Shown: positions 1-11,420 of the stretch, piece by piece | How positions within the stretch are numbered: the first letter of the stretch is position 1 | Layout: every line of letters begins with the position of its first letter | Assembly: GCA_028534125.1 (NCBI GenBank) | Contig: CM052816.1 | Location: 95,606,001-95,670,000, forward strand | Origin: Lama glama | Lineage: Eukaryota | DNA length: 64,000 nt | Direction: 5' to 3' | Translations under genes and position numbers: made by a program | Notes under the pieces: generated by a model | What the model saw: the letters and a program-made list of their open reading frames with translations, nothing else | Told to the model about the DNA's origin: nothing | The model's database searches: none

Positions 1-321
1 ATTTATCAAAAGAGCATTAGAGACATCTAGGATAGTTTAGGAGAAGTAGGAAGTCATTATGGAAGGTCAAGGGCAAGCTGGCTCCATTCCCTCTGGTTAT
101 GTTCCAAGTGTGCCGGAAGATATGCGGAACTGAGTCATCCAGAGAGACAAGCATTCCAGGGGAGTGGCCACTGAACCCGTGGTGAGCCGCCCATGGGTTA
201 GTTGACTTCGTTGAATTTTTAGAAGATGAGACTTTAATGAATTCCAGATGGGGAGATTATTAGTCCTTCAGTGTTTTAAGTCTTCTTTACAGAGCATGTG
301 GCATAGCACTATATTTGCATT

Positions 322-710
322 CGTTGGAGAAACAGGATATATGTATAATTGGAAAGAGATTTAATATAAGGAATTGACCCACGTGGTTATGGAAGCTAAC
401 AAGTTCCAAGATCTGAAGTCAACAAGCTGGGGACCCAGGGGAGTCTCAAGACTGGCACACTTGAGACCCAAAGGGAGCAGATGTTTCAGTTTGAGTCTGA
501 AGGCAGGGAAAGAATGATGTCTCAGCCTGAAGGCAGTCAGGCAGGAAGAGTTTCCCTTATTTGAGGTTAAGATCAGCTTCTTTGCTCTATTCAGACCTTC
601 AACTGATTAGATGAGACCCACCCACATTAGGAAGAGTTATCTGCTTTAGTCAGTCTACCAATTCAAATATGAATCTCATTCACCCTTTCAGACACATCCA
701 AGATAATGTC
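322..710 (-). mobile_element. MLT2-type (ERVL) solo LTR, degraded
   Basis: Matches recalled reverse-complement MLT2 motifs: gagatttaatataaggaattgacccacgtggttatggaagct...ttcagaccttcaactgattagatgagacccacccacattagg...ccaattcaaatatgaatctcat. Confidence 0.85.
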
Positions 711-3700
711 AAGGTCATTTGAAAGTGACCGTAAGTAAGGTTTCTCAATAGCCACACCTCTAAAATGCAGTGATTTATACCTATAACCTAATGTGTAGCA
801 CTTCTGCAGAAAATTATTAGCTAAAGAAAATAAAATATACCAAAAAGATGAAGCTTTCTATACATTTTAGATAACATTTAAGTCTTAGCTAGCAAGACAC
901 TTCCATTAGCACAAAAAATAATGGCCCTTTTCAACAAGATGACTGTCAAAAAGAAAAAATGTAGACAGTCAAATGATTTATTTCCCCATCCATATTGAGT
1001 TTATTCATGGGGAGATTCACCTTGTGAACTAATAATTTTCTGGGCTAAGAAAAAGCAGCAGGCATTTTTCTTTTTAGGAAATGTCTTTTTTTTTTTTTTT
1101 ACAGTGGGTTTCTTTTGGCCTAAAAAAATTATCTAAGTCTACAGCTTTGATATCAAGGAAAAGGCTTCTTTCAATTGCTTTAACCTTTTTCAAAAAGTGA
1201 CCTGTTGGGATAAATGTTCTCATGCTGAGAATCAGGGTTTTATCTGCTGTCTGTAGGAGCATAGGCAGAAGGAGCAGAACCCTTTCTGAAGTGGTTTAAG
1301 AAAAATGTAAGATCTCAGATTGAGGAAAGGAACTCTTTTGAAAGGTCAAATTGAAGACCCATAATTTAAGCAAAAAAGAGACAGTTAAACTTCACTCTCG
1401 TGTCAGACTGTGGGTGACACCAGAACAGGGGGACCAGGACAGAGCCAGGAACCCAGGAACCAGCTAAGAGGGAAGTCGCTGGCAGATTACTTCTTTCCTT
1501 TTAGGCAAAGTGCCAAGTTCATGGAGGCCAGTTCAGGTGGGGAGGTGTGGGCAGGTACACGGGTGGCTCTGGTTGCAGGTCTCAGTGTGCAGGGGGTCGG
1601 AGAAGTCAGGGATGAACGCATATCATGGAGGTCCCTGGATTTCCGGTTAGAGGCATAATTAAGCCTCTCCTGCCTGCAGTGGGTCCTCGACAGTGATGCT
1701 CAAGGGTATTTGCTTGGGGAGCAGGCACCCCTGTCTCCCCTGCACCTCCAGCCTCTTCTGCTTCTTCTTTGCCGACTCCCCCGCCCTGCACTCACACGGC
1801 CTCTTGCCTTCGGTCCCCGCTGAGGGATTAGCAGCTCATCTTCTGTCTTGACCCTGACTTGGGCTCATATTTGTTTTCCAACCTCATTCTACCTCCTCTT
1901 GACTTTTGTCACCCACCTGTACCTCCTGGACCCCGACCTTGGCCAGGAATGATTCCTAGATTTTTCTGATTGCTTCTCACATGTCAGTGCCTCGGAATGA
2001 CATTAATGATAAAACTGTATTTCACCCCTTCCAGGTGGTATGTATAGTCCAGAAGGAGTGCCATGAATTCCGAAGCATCTGTAATCCTTCAAAGAAGGAA
2101 TCTTTGGGGATTCAGGTGTGCCAGAGGGGATGGGGAGCAGTGGGGAGGGTTGGGGGCACCAACTTTGTGACAAGTCCCAGACACATATCAAACCCAGACC
2201 TCTTCCTTCCCAGGGCAGAGACTGGCCCCACTCACCCAGGCTTCCCTGCAGGCAGAATGGGCCATGGGACTGGCAAGAGCTGTGGGCAGAGGTGGTGAAA
2301 CCATCCCCTGTGGCCACCTTGCTGGATGCGTGCTCAGGATGGCATACACAGCTGCAAGATGGTGCAACACTGCCGACTCAAGCCAGACTCCAGGAGCCAG
2401 AACATCTTCGTGACATTAAGCCCCGTGGAGAGTCTGGGTTTTCTTCTTGTGTGGCACCACTTAGCTCTAACTGAGCTCCTCGCTTTCAAGGTTGGAATCT
2501 AAACAGGGCAAGTGCGTTTCCCCATGATCGACTGATACATTCAGCTCTGTACTGCAGCTCAGGATTGGGATTTGGAAATCTGCACCAGTGCCCACGATGT
2601 CCTCGCCTGTGTCCCCTGTGACATGGGCTTAGCACTCCTGTGGCCGCGCTGGGCGCTTTAGAGAAGGAAGCTCAACGAAAAAGCAGCTTGTGTCTCCTGT
2701 GAGCGTTCAGTCAGACCCTCATTTGGTTACTTGTGTCGTTTGCCTTTTTTACTAAAACCGTCTGTTGGTACACACGTTTCTCAGCAGCATGAAAGCAGGT
2801 CGGGATGGAACTTGAGGCAGGTTCTTTGACATAAAAGGTCTGCCCGGGGAACAGACATCCTTAAAGTATGGAAAACTCTGAGGCTGGGTTTGATGAGCAC
2901 CCCCTCTTCTCCTTCCCCATTTTGGGGACCCAGAATTCCCTTTTTGCCTCTAATGGGGATTTTGGGGTTGCACTCACCTTGTGGGTGAGGAAAAGAGCTT
3001 TTATTTGGGGTTGCTTGTTTAACATGTGGGAACAACCAGCGAGAAGTGGTTCCTTTACTGGAACCGGTTTCTTGTCCAGCTCGTCTCCTCATGGCTCGTG
3101 GTGGGACTTTGGATGTGATCTCCTGGCTTTGGTGGGTTTCCCCTGTCGACTCCAAGGAGGTGGCTGTAGCTCTCCTTAGCTTGAGCAGCTCCTCCAGAGC
3201 TGAGGAAACTTGCCCTAGACCTTCTCCCGTGAAGCTTACAGGCACCGGGTAAAGAGACCTATGCCGATTTGGTCACCTGTGTCTCTTGGGCACTTTTTGG
3301 ATCGTTTGGGTAGCAGCTATAGAAGTTTGAGGCAGGTGAGGACTGATTTGTCTTTTGACTTTTTGCTCCTCAGTTTTTGTGACAGCAATTCTCCAGCCAC
3401 CTTCAGCCACACACAAGACATTTATTGAAGAAGCATTAATTTGCCAGCGGGCCCCCAAGTGCTCATCCACGTGTTCTGTGAGCTTTAATGAAATGCCAGC
3501 TCCCTGCCCCATAGGTGCTCCAACTCCCACTGGACAGAAAGAGCCTCCAGGCAAATGCCAAGACTGCAGAGGAGACACAGTCACCCTGATAGCCTGCGTT
3601 GGGCAAGCAAAGACCTCCATTTCCAGGTTGCAGGGGGTGTTTAGGGATGTTGTCACAAATGTTCCCACAGGAAAGGGTCCAGGCATCACTGGATTCATGC

Positions 3701-4129
3701 ACCGTCTTCCTGCAAGGGTGGGGACATTTTCTTAAATATTTTGGCCATTGCACTTATCCTGAATGCCTTTAATGTCACCCATGAGAGTTCATTTCTAGCA
3801 GCCATCATGGTAATTAATAGGACACTAATTGCACTTATAGGAACCATTTTGACATTCCATCAGCCTTGTCTGATGACAACAGAAGTGCTTGCAGTAGCCG
3901 CCCCGGTGTCCGGGCTTCCCGAGCGGAACAGCAGTGGTCCGCCCTGAGCTCTGCTCTCTTGACAAGGATACTGGCAACACACTTCACATCACTTGGTCCA
4001 CCTGGAGTATTTTAAAGTGAAGTCCAGACGTGGAGATGGTTAACAGATGACATCGGGCGAGCTGAGCCTGTGCTCCCAGCTCCCTCTGCCATCAGAGGTG
4101 ACACCAGTAGTAAGAGCAGCAGCTGACGT

Positions 4130-4310
4130 GTGGGGGCACGACACTGTTCCCTGTGTCCTCCATTCATCATCTCCTGCAGTCCTCACGATAACTCAGCTCA
4201 TTATCTTCATCTTTCAGGTAAAGAAATTGAGGATCCAAGAACTTCTAAACTCTCCCAAGGTCAATAGCTAGTAAAGGCAGAGATATTAACCCCAGTGACC
4301 TGAGCTTAGA
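4130..4310 (-). mobile_element. MIR SINE fragment
   Basis: MIR core-like: cattatcttcatctttcaggtaaagaaattgagg...ctcccaaggtcaatagctagtaaaggcagag. Confidence 0.7.
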
Positions 4311-4937
4311 ACATCTTTGCTGCCCACTGGGTTGCACCCAAAGCAAATTGCTCATCAGCTGGTAAGAGCTGTGGCCGGCATGGCAGGTTTCAGGAACTGG
4401 CTGCAGGTGTCCTTGCTCGGGTGGTGGCTGGACCTCACCAGACTGCTGGTCCCAATGATAAGAGGCCAGCGCGGAATGTGTTGACACAGGTGCCTCAGCT
4501 ACTCAGGGATCTAAAGTAGGTGTGTCCGGGTGAGTAGACGAGGATCAGGTGTAACTCGTCTTACAGCTGCCCCAAAACTGTGGTCCAGGCTTGTCCTCCA
4601 GCTGTGCCCCCAAGATGAGTCCCACCCTGGATGGGCCATCTGGGAGCTGTGGGCAGGGCGCTACCCTGCACGCTGGGATCCTCCTTGCCTGCCTGGACCG
4701 CCTGGACCTGGTCTTGGCATGTTCTCTTGGGGGCCTTCACGTTCCCTGGGTCACTCTCACAGACCCTGAGGAAGGCTTTGCTTTTTATGGGCTTCACCTT
4801 TTCCTCTGTGTAACAGCCATTTCTACGAACGCAGTTTACACTTGAATTTGATGAACTGCAGTTCATTAAAAATTCCCATGTAAGTCATCATTTATGAGAC
4901 TAACACAGCACACGTCAAGCGATGGTATTGGTCAGGG

Positions 4938-5110
4938 CACATAGCACAGTGGCTGAGCACCCAGGCTCTGGGGCCAGGTGGGGCAGACTCCGGCTTGGCC
5001 ACTTGCTGGCTGTGCGATGGTTGAGTGATTGATTTGACGTCTCTGTGCTTTTTAATCTTAGAATGAGGATAAAATTTTTGGTGGATTAAGTGAGATAATC
5101 TATGTGAGGA
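4938..5110 (+). mobile_element. MIR SINE
   Basis: tagcacagtggctgagcacccaggctctggg...ccacttgctggctgtgcga...gtggattaagtgagataat. Confidence 0.7.
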
Positions 5111-7359
5111 TTCGCTCCCCAGCCAACTCAATGGAATGGAGTTTTGTTGTGATTTAGATAGTAATCTTCTTTCCTGGAGTTCTGTTTTTTGACCACATAA
5201 TTTGCTAGTTTGACACTGCTGGCAAATGTGGGAAATGTCCCTTACTAGGGGAGGATCTGGGGCAGGCGGATGGATAGGAAGGACCCATTGGAAGTGGCGT
5301 GAGGAGATGCCGCATCAGGAAGCGCTAAATGCAGTCGTGAATTTTTAAGCCATTTTGGTGACCGCCTTAGTTCTCACCACCTTTAACTTGAGTTTTACTT
5401 TGCTAAGAACTCTCCATCAATTTTTGAATATGTGAGCTATTCGAGGTCGCTCACTCAAGGCAAAATGCTGAAAGTAAAAGCGAAATCAAGGAGAGCCCTG
5501 GGGCTTTGAAGGCTTTTCTTAACTCGTGGCCATTTTCCGCCTTTAAAAGCACTGGCTTGACTTTTACGGGAGCCTGTAGAATAATCTTACAGAAAATGGA
5601 AACCAAGAGCATAGTCATTCCCTGAAAAATTTTAAACTGCATTCGGATGTGCGTTTTTCAAAGATCATTTCCTTGACATTTTCTGGGGGTTTATTTCTTG
5701 GGAAATAAAATAAATATGTTTGCTGGATGCTCATACCAATTTATTTAGAGCTATAAATAAGATTTAAAAATGCCTCCTGTCATTTGTACTAGAAAATATA
5801 AGGATTAGAGGGATATCTTAGGAGGTTGGGGCAAAGGATTAATGATACTGTTCAGGCTGCGCTGAGGTTGGCTGATGCTTTGAGCCGTTTTAGCTGATCC
5901 CCTTGTGAATTATTCTCAAGGATGGACATGAGAGAGCCTGTGGCCCAAGTGAAGGCCAGAGACACAATGCCCCAGGCCACACACGTCCTTAGGGGCCGCT
6001 GAGTGGAAGAATCCAATTTCCTGGGTTTCTGGTCTATGGATGCCTCACAACCACCCCAACTGTTCACTAGATTATCTGGTAGCCAAATCCACCTGCGTGC
6101 TTCCCAGAGGCCAGGAACAGCCCTTAACTGGTAGGAAATCCAGTCATTCCATTGGAGCCTAGGCTAGGCATGCAAGGTTTCCCGGAAGAAAGAGCCGAGG
6201 GACTGGCTTGCTGCCGTCTCCCAGCATGGAGTCTGTTCATGCAGCGAACCTGTTCAATCACTGCATTGCTGCTGCAGGACATAGGCTGGAGATGGTGTCC
6301 CTTGGGGACTGGCTGGGGAAGAGGGGATATGCAGGAACCACAGGACAAAGTATGTGGCTTTAGGGAGAGCAGAGGCCCCCAAGTCTGGGTTGGGCAAAGT
6401 GGGCTAGGGGGAAGCAAAGGGGCCAGAGCAGGGGTCCAAAGGAAGGGAGGATGTGACCTGGGTGTGAAGGAGGGCAAGGTATCCATGGCAATAGGACGAA
6501 GGCCAGCACTCTGGGAGACAATAGAGGGAAAAGTGGCTTCACTTGACCCAGGGGAGAAGCAGGAGCGGGGAGAGGTTGCTAGGTAGAAGGCGCCCAGGTT
6601 ACAGCCCTCGGACCCCAGGAGTTGAAATTTGAAGGCAGCAGGAAGCAGTAGGTGATTTTTAAAATAAATCAAATCAGATATGAAATACCTCAGAGGAAAA
6701 CAATCTTCTAAAGAACTCTTTTGTAAATCCTTTAAAAAATGAAGAGAATCCTTTATCATGTAAATGCAGTGAAAAAAACTCGGTAACTTTCAAATTTACT
6801 TATCTTATAAGTTTAAATATTGTCTATGGCTTGTTTTCCTGAACTAAGTGAAGTACAACTCTATTTCTTTTATCCCATCACCAAAGTAACGTCATCCTGA
6901 AAGAGAAGCAGGATATGGAGAGAGAAGGGGGAAATAAATATTTAGTAGAAGAAAGAACAGTGCCATCAAGTACTTATTTTATTTTGAGTTTTGTCTCAGG
7001 ACTGAGAGCAAGTTTTTTAATTTCTTCTTTTCACTGTTTATGTCAGTATATTTAGGGTCCAAGTCACTGAAGAAATTTGGGACTTTTTTAAAATTTAGAA
7101 TCACTGATAGGAAGGAAGATATAATGGTGATGGCTTATGAGCCTGAGTGAGACTCATGGGATGGTTGGTAAGTGGCTTGCTGGCTGCTATCCCTGATTCT
7201 TCCTACCTGAGAGATTCCTCATTTTAAAATCAGAGCTCAGAATCTGCTCCAGAATCCTTCTTAACCCAGGGCTCTTAGGCAGTCACTCCCAGCTGAATTT
7301 GCAATCAGGTGGAACCAACTCGCCTCCTGACTTTGAATGTGGTAAGAGATTCTCACCCT

Positions 7360-7495
7360 TCAGTGGGCATCAGAAGCCCCTGGAAGACTTGTTCCAACCC
7401 AGGAACTGGGCTCCACTCCTGATTTAATAGGTCTGGGGTGGGGCCAGAGACTTCTGTCAATGCTGCCTGGTGGAGAGCACACTTTGAGAACCACT
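7360..7495. mobile_element. MER5A-like hAT-Charlie MITE
   Basis: gcatcagaagcccctggaagacttgtt...taggtctggggtggggcc...cacactttgagaaccact terminus. Confidence 0.75.
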
Positions 7496-7937
7496 ATCTG
7501 GATTTTAGAACAGCCATCAACAGACGGAAACTCAGTTTTCCATTTTGATGAGGATTGGATGGGTGAAGAGAGCAACTGTTTAGAATTTCCTTATGTTCTC
7601 TCTCCCCTCCTTGTTCTCTGCAGTTCTTCCTTTTTATTCCTTAATTAGGAGGATTTACAAACCTATGACCTTAAGTCAAGAAAAAGTCATAGTCCGGACA
7701 CTCATTTTTTTGACATTCCAGTGACCATTCGCTGGAATGCAAGTTAATGTTTTAGAACATGAAATGGGCAGTTTCAGAATGTAAGAAGAGCTGGTGGGTG
7801 GCCAGAGTAAACCAAAGAAGAATGTGCTGGAAATTTAGGGAAAGTCCCACTTTTCACTCCAGGTCAAGGGTTTCCACCAATGGTGAAGTGTGGTTATTGG
7901 AAGTTGGTTAATGTTTCCAAGAATGGCAAAGGGAGAC

Positions 7938-8241
7938 TGTATTTGTTTCCTAGAACTGCTCTACCATGAACTGGGTGGTTTAAACAACAGAAATTTACTG
8001 TCAGAAGTCTGAGATCAAGGTGTTCCTTCTGAGGCTGTGAGGGAAAATTTTTGTGTCCAAGCCCCCCTTTTCACAAGGGCACCAGCTTTATTGAATTAGG
8101 GGCCACCCTAGTGACCTCACCTTAACTATTTACATCTGCAGTGACCCTGTTTCCAAATAAGGTCACATTCGGAGATACAGGGGCTGGGGATGCTAGGATT
8201 CAGCATATGAATGTTCGAGGGGCACAGTTCAGCCTCTAACA
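7938..8241 (-). mobile_element. MLT1 (MaLR) solo LTR, internally deleted
   Basis: TG...CA ends; ctgggtggtttaaacaacagaaattta, catctgcagtgaccctgtttccaaataaggtcacattc. Confidence 0.85.
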
Positions 8242-9449
8242 ATGACCCTGAGCTTAGTTCCTGCTCAGACTGTTTGCAGGAGACACAGCCACCACGAGGA
8301 GCCTTCAGGGGCCTCAGGAGAGCCCCTCAAGGGCTCCGACACCCACCTCTCCCCTTACTGGCTCTGGTGGTTGGTCAGAGGTGCCACAGCACATATCCAG
8401 GAACATGTTCGTGACCATAACATAAACTACTCCATGGGAAACCTGCATCCATTCAGGTCCTAGCGTTGTCCTTTGAATTGCTGCCCTTTGAGATCATGCC
8501 GTCTCCAACTGGAACATCAATTCTTAGGCTTGAAGAAGCATTGGTTTTAAAAAGGCAGGACCTTGTTATAACTGATGCTGCAGTTAAGGAATCCTGTTAA
8601 CTCTTGACTCCAGGACAAAGGCTTGAGTCTTCTGAGAGGAGATGTCTGCCAAAGTCTGCCAGGGACAATAAGGGCAGTAAATACGTCAGTGCCTGCGAGG
8701 TGTCTGAAGGGGACGCGGTTACCTGCACTGCAGCTCTGGTGCCAAGGCCAGTTCCACGGCTGGAGTTTTGATCTGAGAAGCTGCTGCCTAGCTCTATGGG
8801 GTGAACCTTTCTCTGTATCTGTCAAGAGTATTATCTTGTTTATTAATGTGTCACTAAAATTTAAAATGCCACCTTTCTGCTTCTTAGGTAGGCATTGCAG
8901 ACAGGTTTCAGGCATATTGTGAAAAGCACGTTTCTCAGCAGAACCAGATCCAACGGAATGTTGGAGGGAAGTGCGCGCGGGTTGTAATTCCGGGCGTTCC
9001 ACCGGTAACTAATTTACACGGCACATAGGTCCGCAGTGCGCTTGCTTCCTCCTCGTTTCCCCCTTGTGGGGTGTTTTGTTTCACTAGTTTTCGAGTTCGA
9101 GTTTCTGTGTACTCAAGTACATGGAATCATTCCTTCCATGGGTCATGATCATTTTGCTTCTGTTACTTTAGAGCTTTTTCTCCATTGCAATTATCCATCA
9201 CGATTCCCCCATTTTGGGGTGGGGGACAGTAACTGACACCTCTGGGCATCTGCTGGGCAGAGAACTTCAAACCCCAAAGTGAAGACCTTAAGATACGTGG
9301 CTTGAGGTTCAGTGGCGAATGGAGAGTTGTTGACAGCTGGCTTTTCTTCTTTTACCTTTCTCATCAGATTACTAATTTCATTGTTCTTAATAGACTCTTA
9401 AAAACTATAAGATAGAGTAAGGATGTCTCTCCTACTCTTTTATTTCTAA

Positions 9450-9612
9450 ATTTGTTTTTGTTTCTTGTTTGTTTTGTTTTTTTTTTTGGTTCGGGTGGGA
9501 AGTAATTAGGCTTATTTATTCAGTTAGTTATTTTAACGGTGGTACTGGGGATTTAATCCAGGACCTCGTGCATGCTAAGTATGTGCTTTAACCACTGAGC
9601 TACACCCTTCCC
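9450..9612 (-). mobile_element. tRNA-Ala-derived camelid SINE (vic-1 type)
   Basis: Minus strand reads gggaagggtgtagctcagtggttaaagcacatacttagcatgcacgaggtcctggattaaatccccagtaccacc (tRNA-Ala(AGC)-like, A and B boxes) plus an A-rich tail; ATTTCTAA flanks both sides (9442-9449, 9617-9624) as a probable TSD. Confidence 0.85.
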
Positions 9613-9960
9613 TGCCATTTCTAATTTTTTTGATGACTTTGGGAGCTCCATATTGGCCCAGGTTTCTTTTATGAATCTTTTTGTTGTATCCTTTGAAAGC
9701 CTGTTGAGAAAGTACTCTTGTTTTTATCATGAAATATACATATTATGGAAATAATACTTTACAGAAAGTGACTCATAAACTTACCCACGTGTAGGATGGG
9801 TTTTAGACTCAGGTCATTCTTTTGGACAAGGTGGCAGGAAAACAGCACTTCAGATTCTCACATCCAGGTGGCACAGTGACAGGTCACACCACGTTTACCT
9901 TCCTTGCTTTACTGTGTTGCTTGTTTTTATAAGAATTCTTTTTAGAAATGTCCATAGAAG

Positions 9961-10502
9961 TGTGGAAATAGATGAAGACCAACCAAATGAGGACAACCAC
10001 AGCTGTTTATCCTTCACTTACTACAGCAAGGGGGTCAGTCACCTTGGCAGACACTCAAAGGCAGGTGGGGACCAGGAAAGGTTTACAGGGTAAAAAAGGG
10101 TGGCTTCAGATGTGCCCTGATGGGAGGCTGTTGTCCTGGGGAAGCTGGGGCCGGCTAATGAGAAGCAGGGCGTCCTGTGTATTGGTTGGGGCTGCACGTT
10201 TGGCTTTTTTCTGACTGGTCCTAAATTGGAAATGGGGACAAAGATTAGGGAAGCTGCCAGTTATTAACCAAGTCTTGATCCTTTTGGCCAATTGTTACAG
10301 GGGTTATTGGTTGGCTTCTGGGACCAGTTACTGGAGATAGTGGTCTGACTTCCTACAAGTCTGACTTAAAGAGAGCAGGCTGGCTTCCTGGGCTGGTTAC
10401 ATAGAGGAGTTGGTTTCCTGGGCTGGCTGCTGCACGATGTGGGTCGGAGTTCTGCTTTCATGTATGGTCTGGCCCCTGTCCCTTTATATATTCAGTCTCT
10501 CA
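9961..10502 (-). mobile_element. ERV-type solo LTR (family not assigned)
   Basis: ~540 bp with TG...CA termini, an internal repeat (ttcctgggctgg twice) and several CCAAT motifs on the minus strand; near-matching flanks gaag/aaag. Confidence 0.65.
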
Positions 10503-10655
10503 AAAGCGGTCATTAGCACTAGTGGCGGCAATTAACTTTATTAAAATGCAGTTGAGCCCTGTTATCCTTCCTTTTCTCGTCAGACCATTTCAGATATATC
10601 TCCAGTGAAATACAATCCACAGATTCACATACAGTATATAACCTGGTTACTCTTT

Positions 10656-11336
10656 TTTTTTTACATTTTTTATTGATTCATAATCATTTTACAGTGTTGT
10701 GTCAAATTCCAGTGTTCAGCACAATTTTTCAGTCATTCATGGANNNNNNNNNNNNNNNNNNNNNNNNNNNNNNNNNNNNNNNNNNNNNNNNNNNNNNNNN
10801 NNNNNNNNNNNNNNNNNNNNNNNNNNNNNNNNNNNNNNNNNNNCCACCCTCTACCCCCCCCCCAGTAACCACAAGTCTGTATTCTCTGTCCATGAGTCTA
10901 TTTCTGTCCTGTATTTATGCTTTGTTTTTGTTTGTTTTTGTTTTTTAGATTCCACATATGAGCGATCTCATATGGTATTTTTCTTTCTCTTTCTGGCTTA
11001 GTTCACTTAGAATGACATTCTCTAGGCTCATCCATGTTGCTGCAAATGGCATTATGTTGTCGGTTTTTATGGCTGAGTAGTATTCCATTGTATAAATATA
11101 CCACATCTTCTTCATCCAGTCACCTGTTGATGGACATTTAGGTTGTTCCCATGTTTTGGCTATTGTAAATAGTGCTGCTATGAACATTGGGGTGCAGGTG
11201 TCATCCTGAAGTAGATTTCCTTCTGGGTACAAGCCCAGGAGTGGGATTCCTGGGTCATATGGTAAGTCTATTCCTAGTCTTTTGAGGAATCTCCACACTG
11301 TTTTCCATAGTGGCTGCACCAAACTGCATTCCCACC
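10656..11336 (-). mobile_element. Young 5'-truncated LINE-1 (ORF2 C-terminus, 3'UTR, polyA)
   Basis: ORF 10945-11322 encodes an uninterrupted ORF2 C-terminus ([14 protein letters not shown]...CTPMFIAALFTIAKTWEQPKCP...YTMEYYSAIK); 18-bp TSD ataa(c/g)ctggttactcttt at 10638-10655 and 11337-11354. Confidence 0.95.
10744..10843. other. Assembly gap (100 N)
   Basis: Run of N inside the L1 3'UTR. Confidence 1.
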
Positions 11337-11420
11337 ATAAGCTGGTTACTCTTTAACAGTGGAAATGAGTCCTGTGCCTGGAATTGCATATTTAAGGAAT
11401 ATATATCATTATGTATAAAA

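Noticed and set aside
2781..3947. Cluster of overlapping 100-150 aa ORFs
   Set aside because: No homology recognised, no consistent splice structure, and ORFs occur on both strands
6124..6759. Longest non-gap ORF (211 aa) and overlapping ORFs
   Set aside because: Pro/Ser/Leu-rich translation of GC-rich DNA, open on both strands, with no recognisable domain; consistent with chance
9538..9612. tRNA-Ala gene
   Set aside because: B box and stems are degenerate, and it has a SINE tail and a probable TSD
10945..11322. 125-aa ORF as a host gene
   Set aside because: It is the C-terminus of L1 ORF2 in a 5'-truncated copy; the L1-derived ORFs at 11863, 18790, 19133 and 43222-44377 are rejected for the same reason
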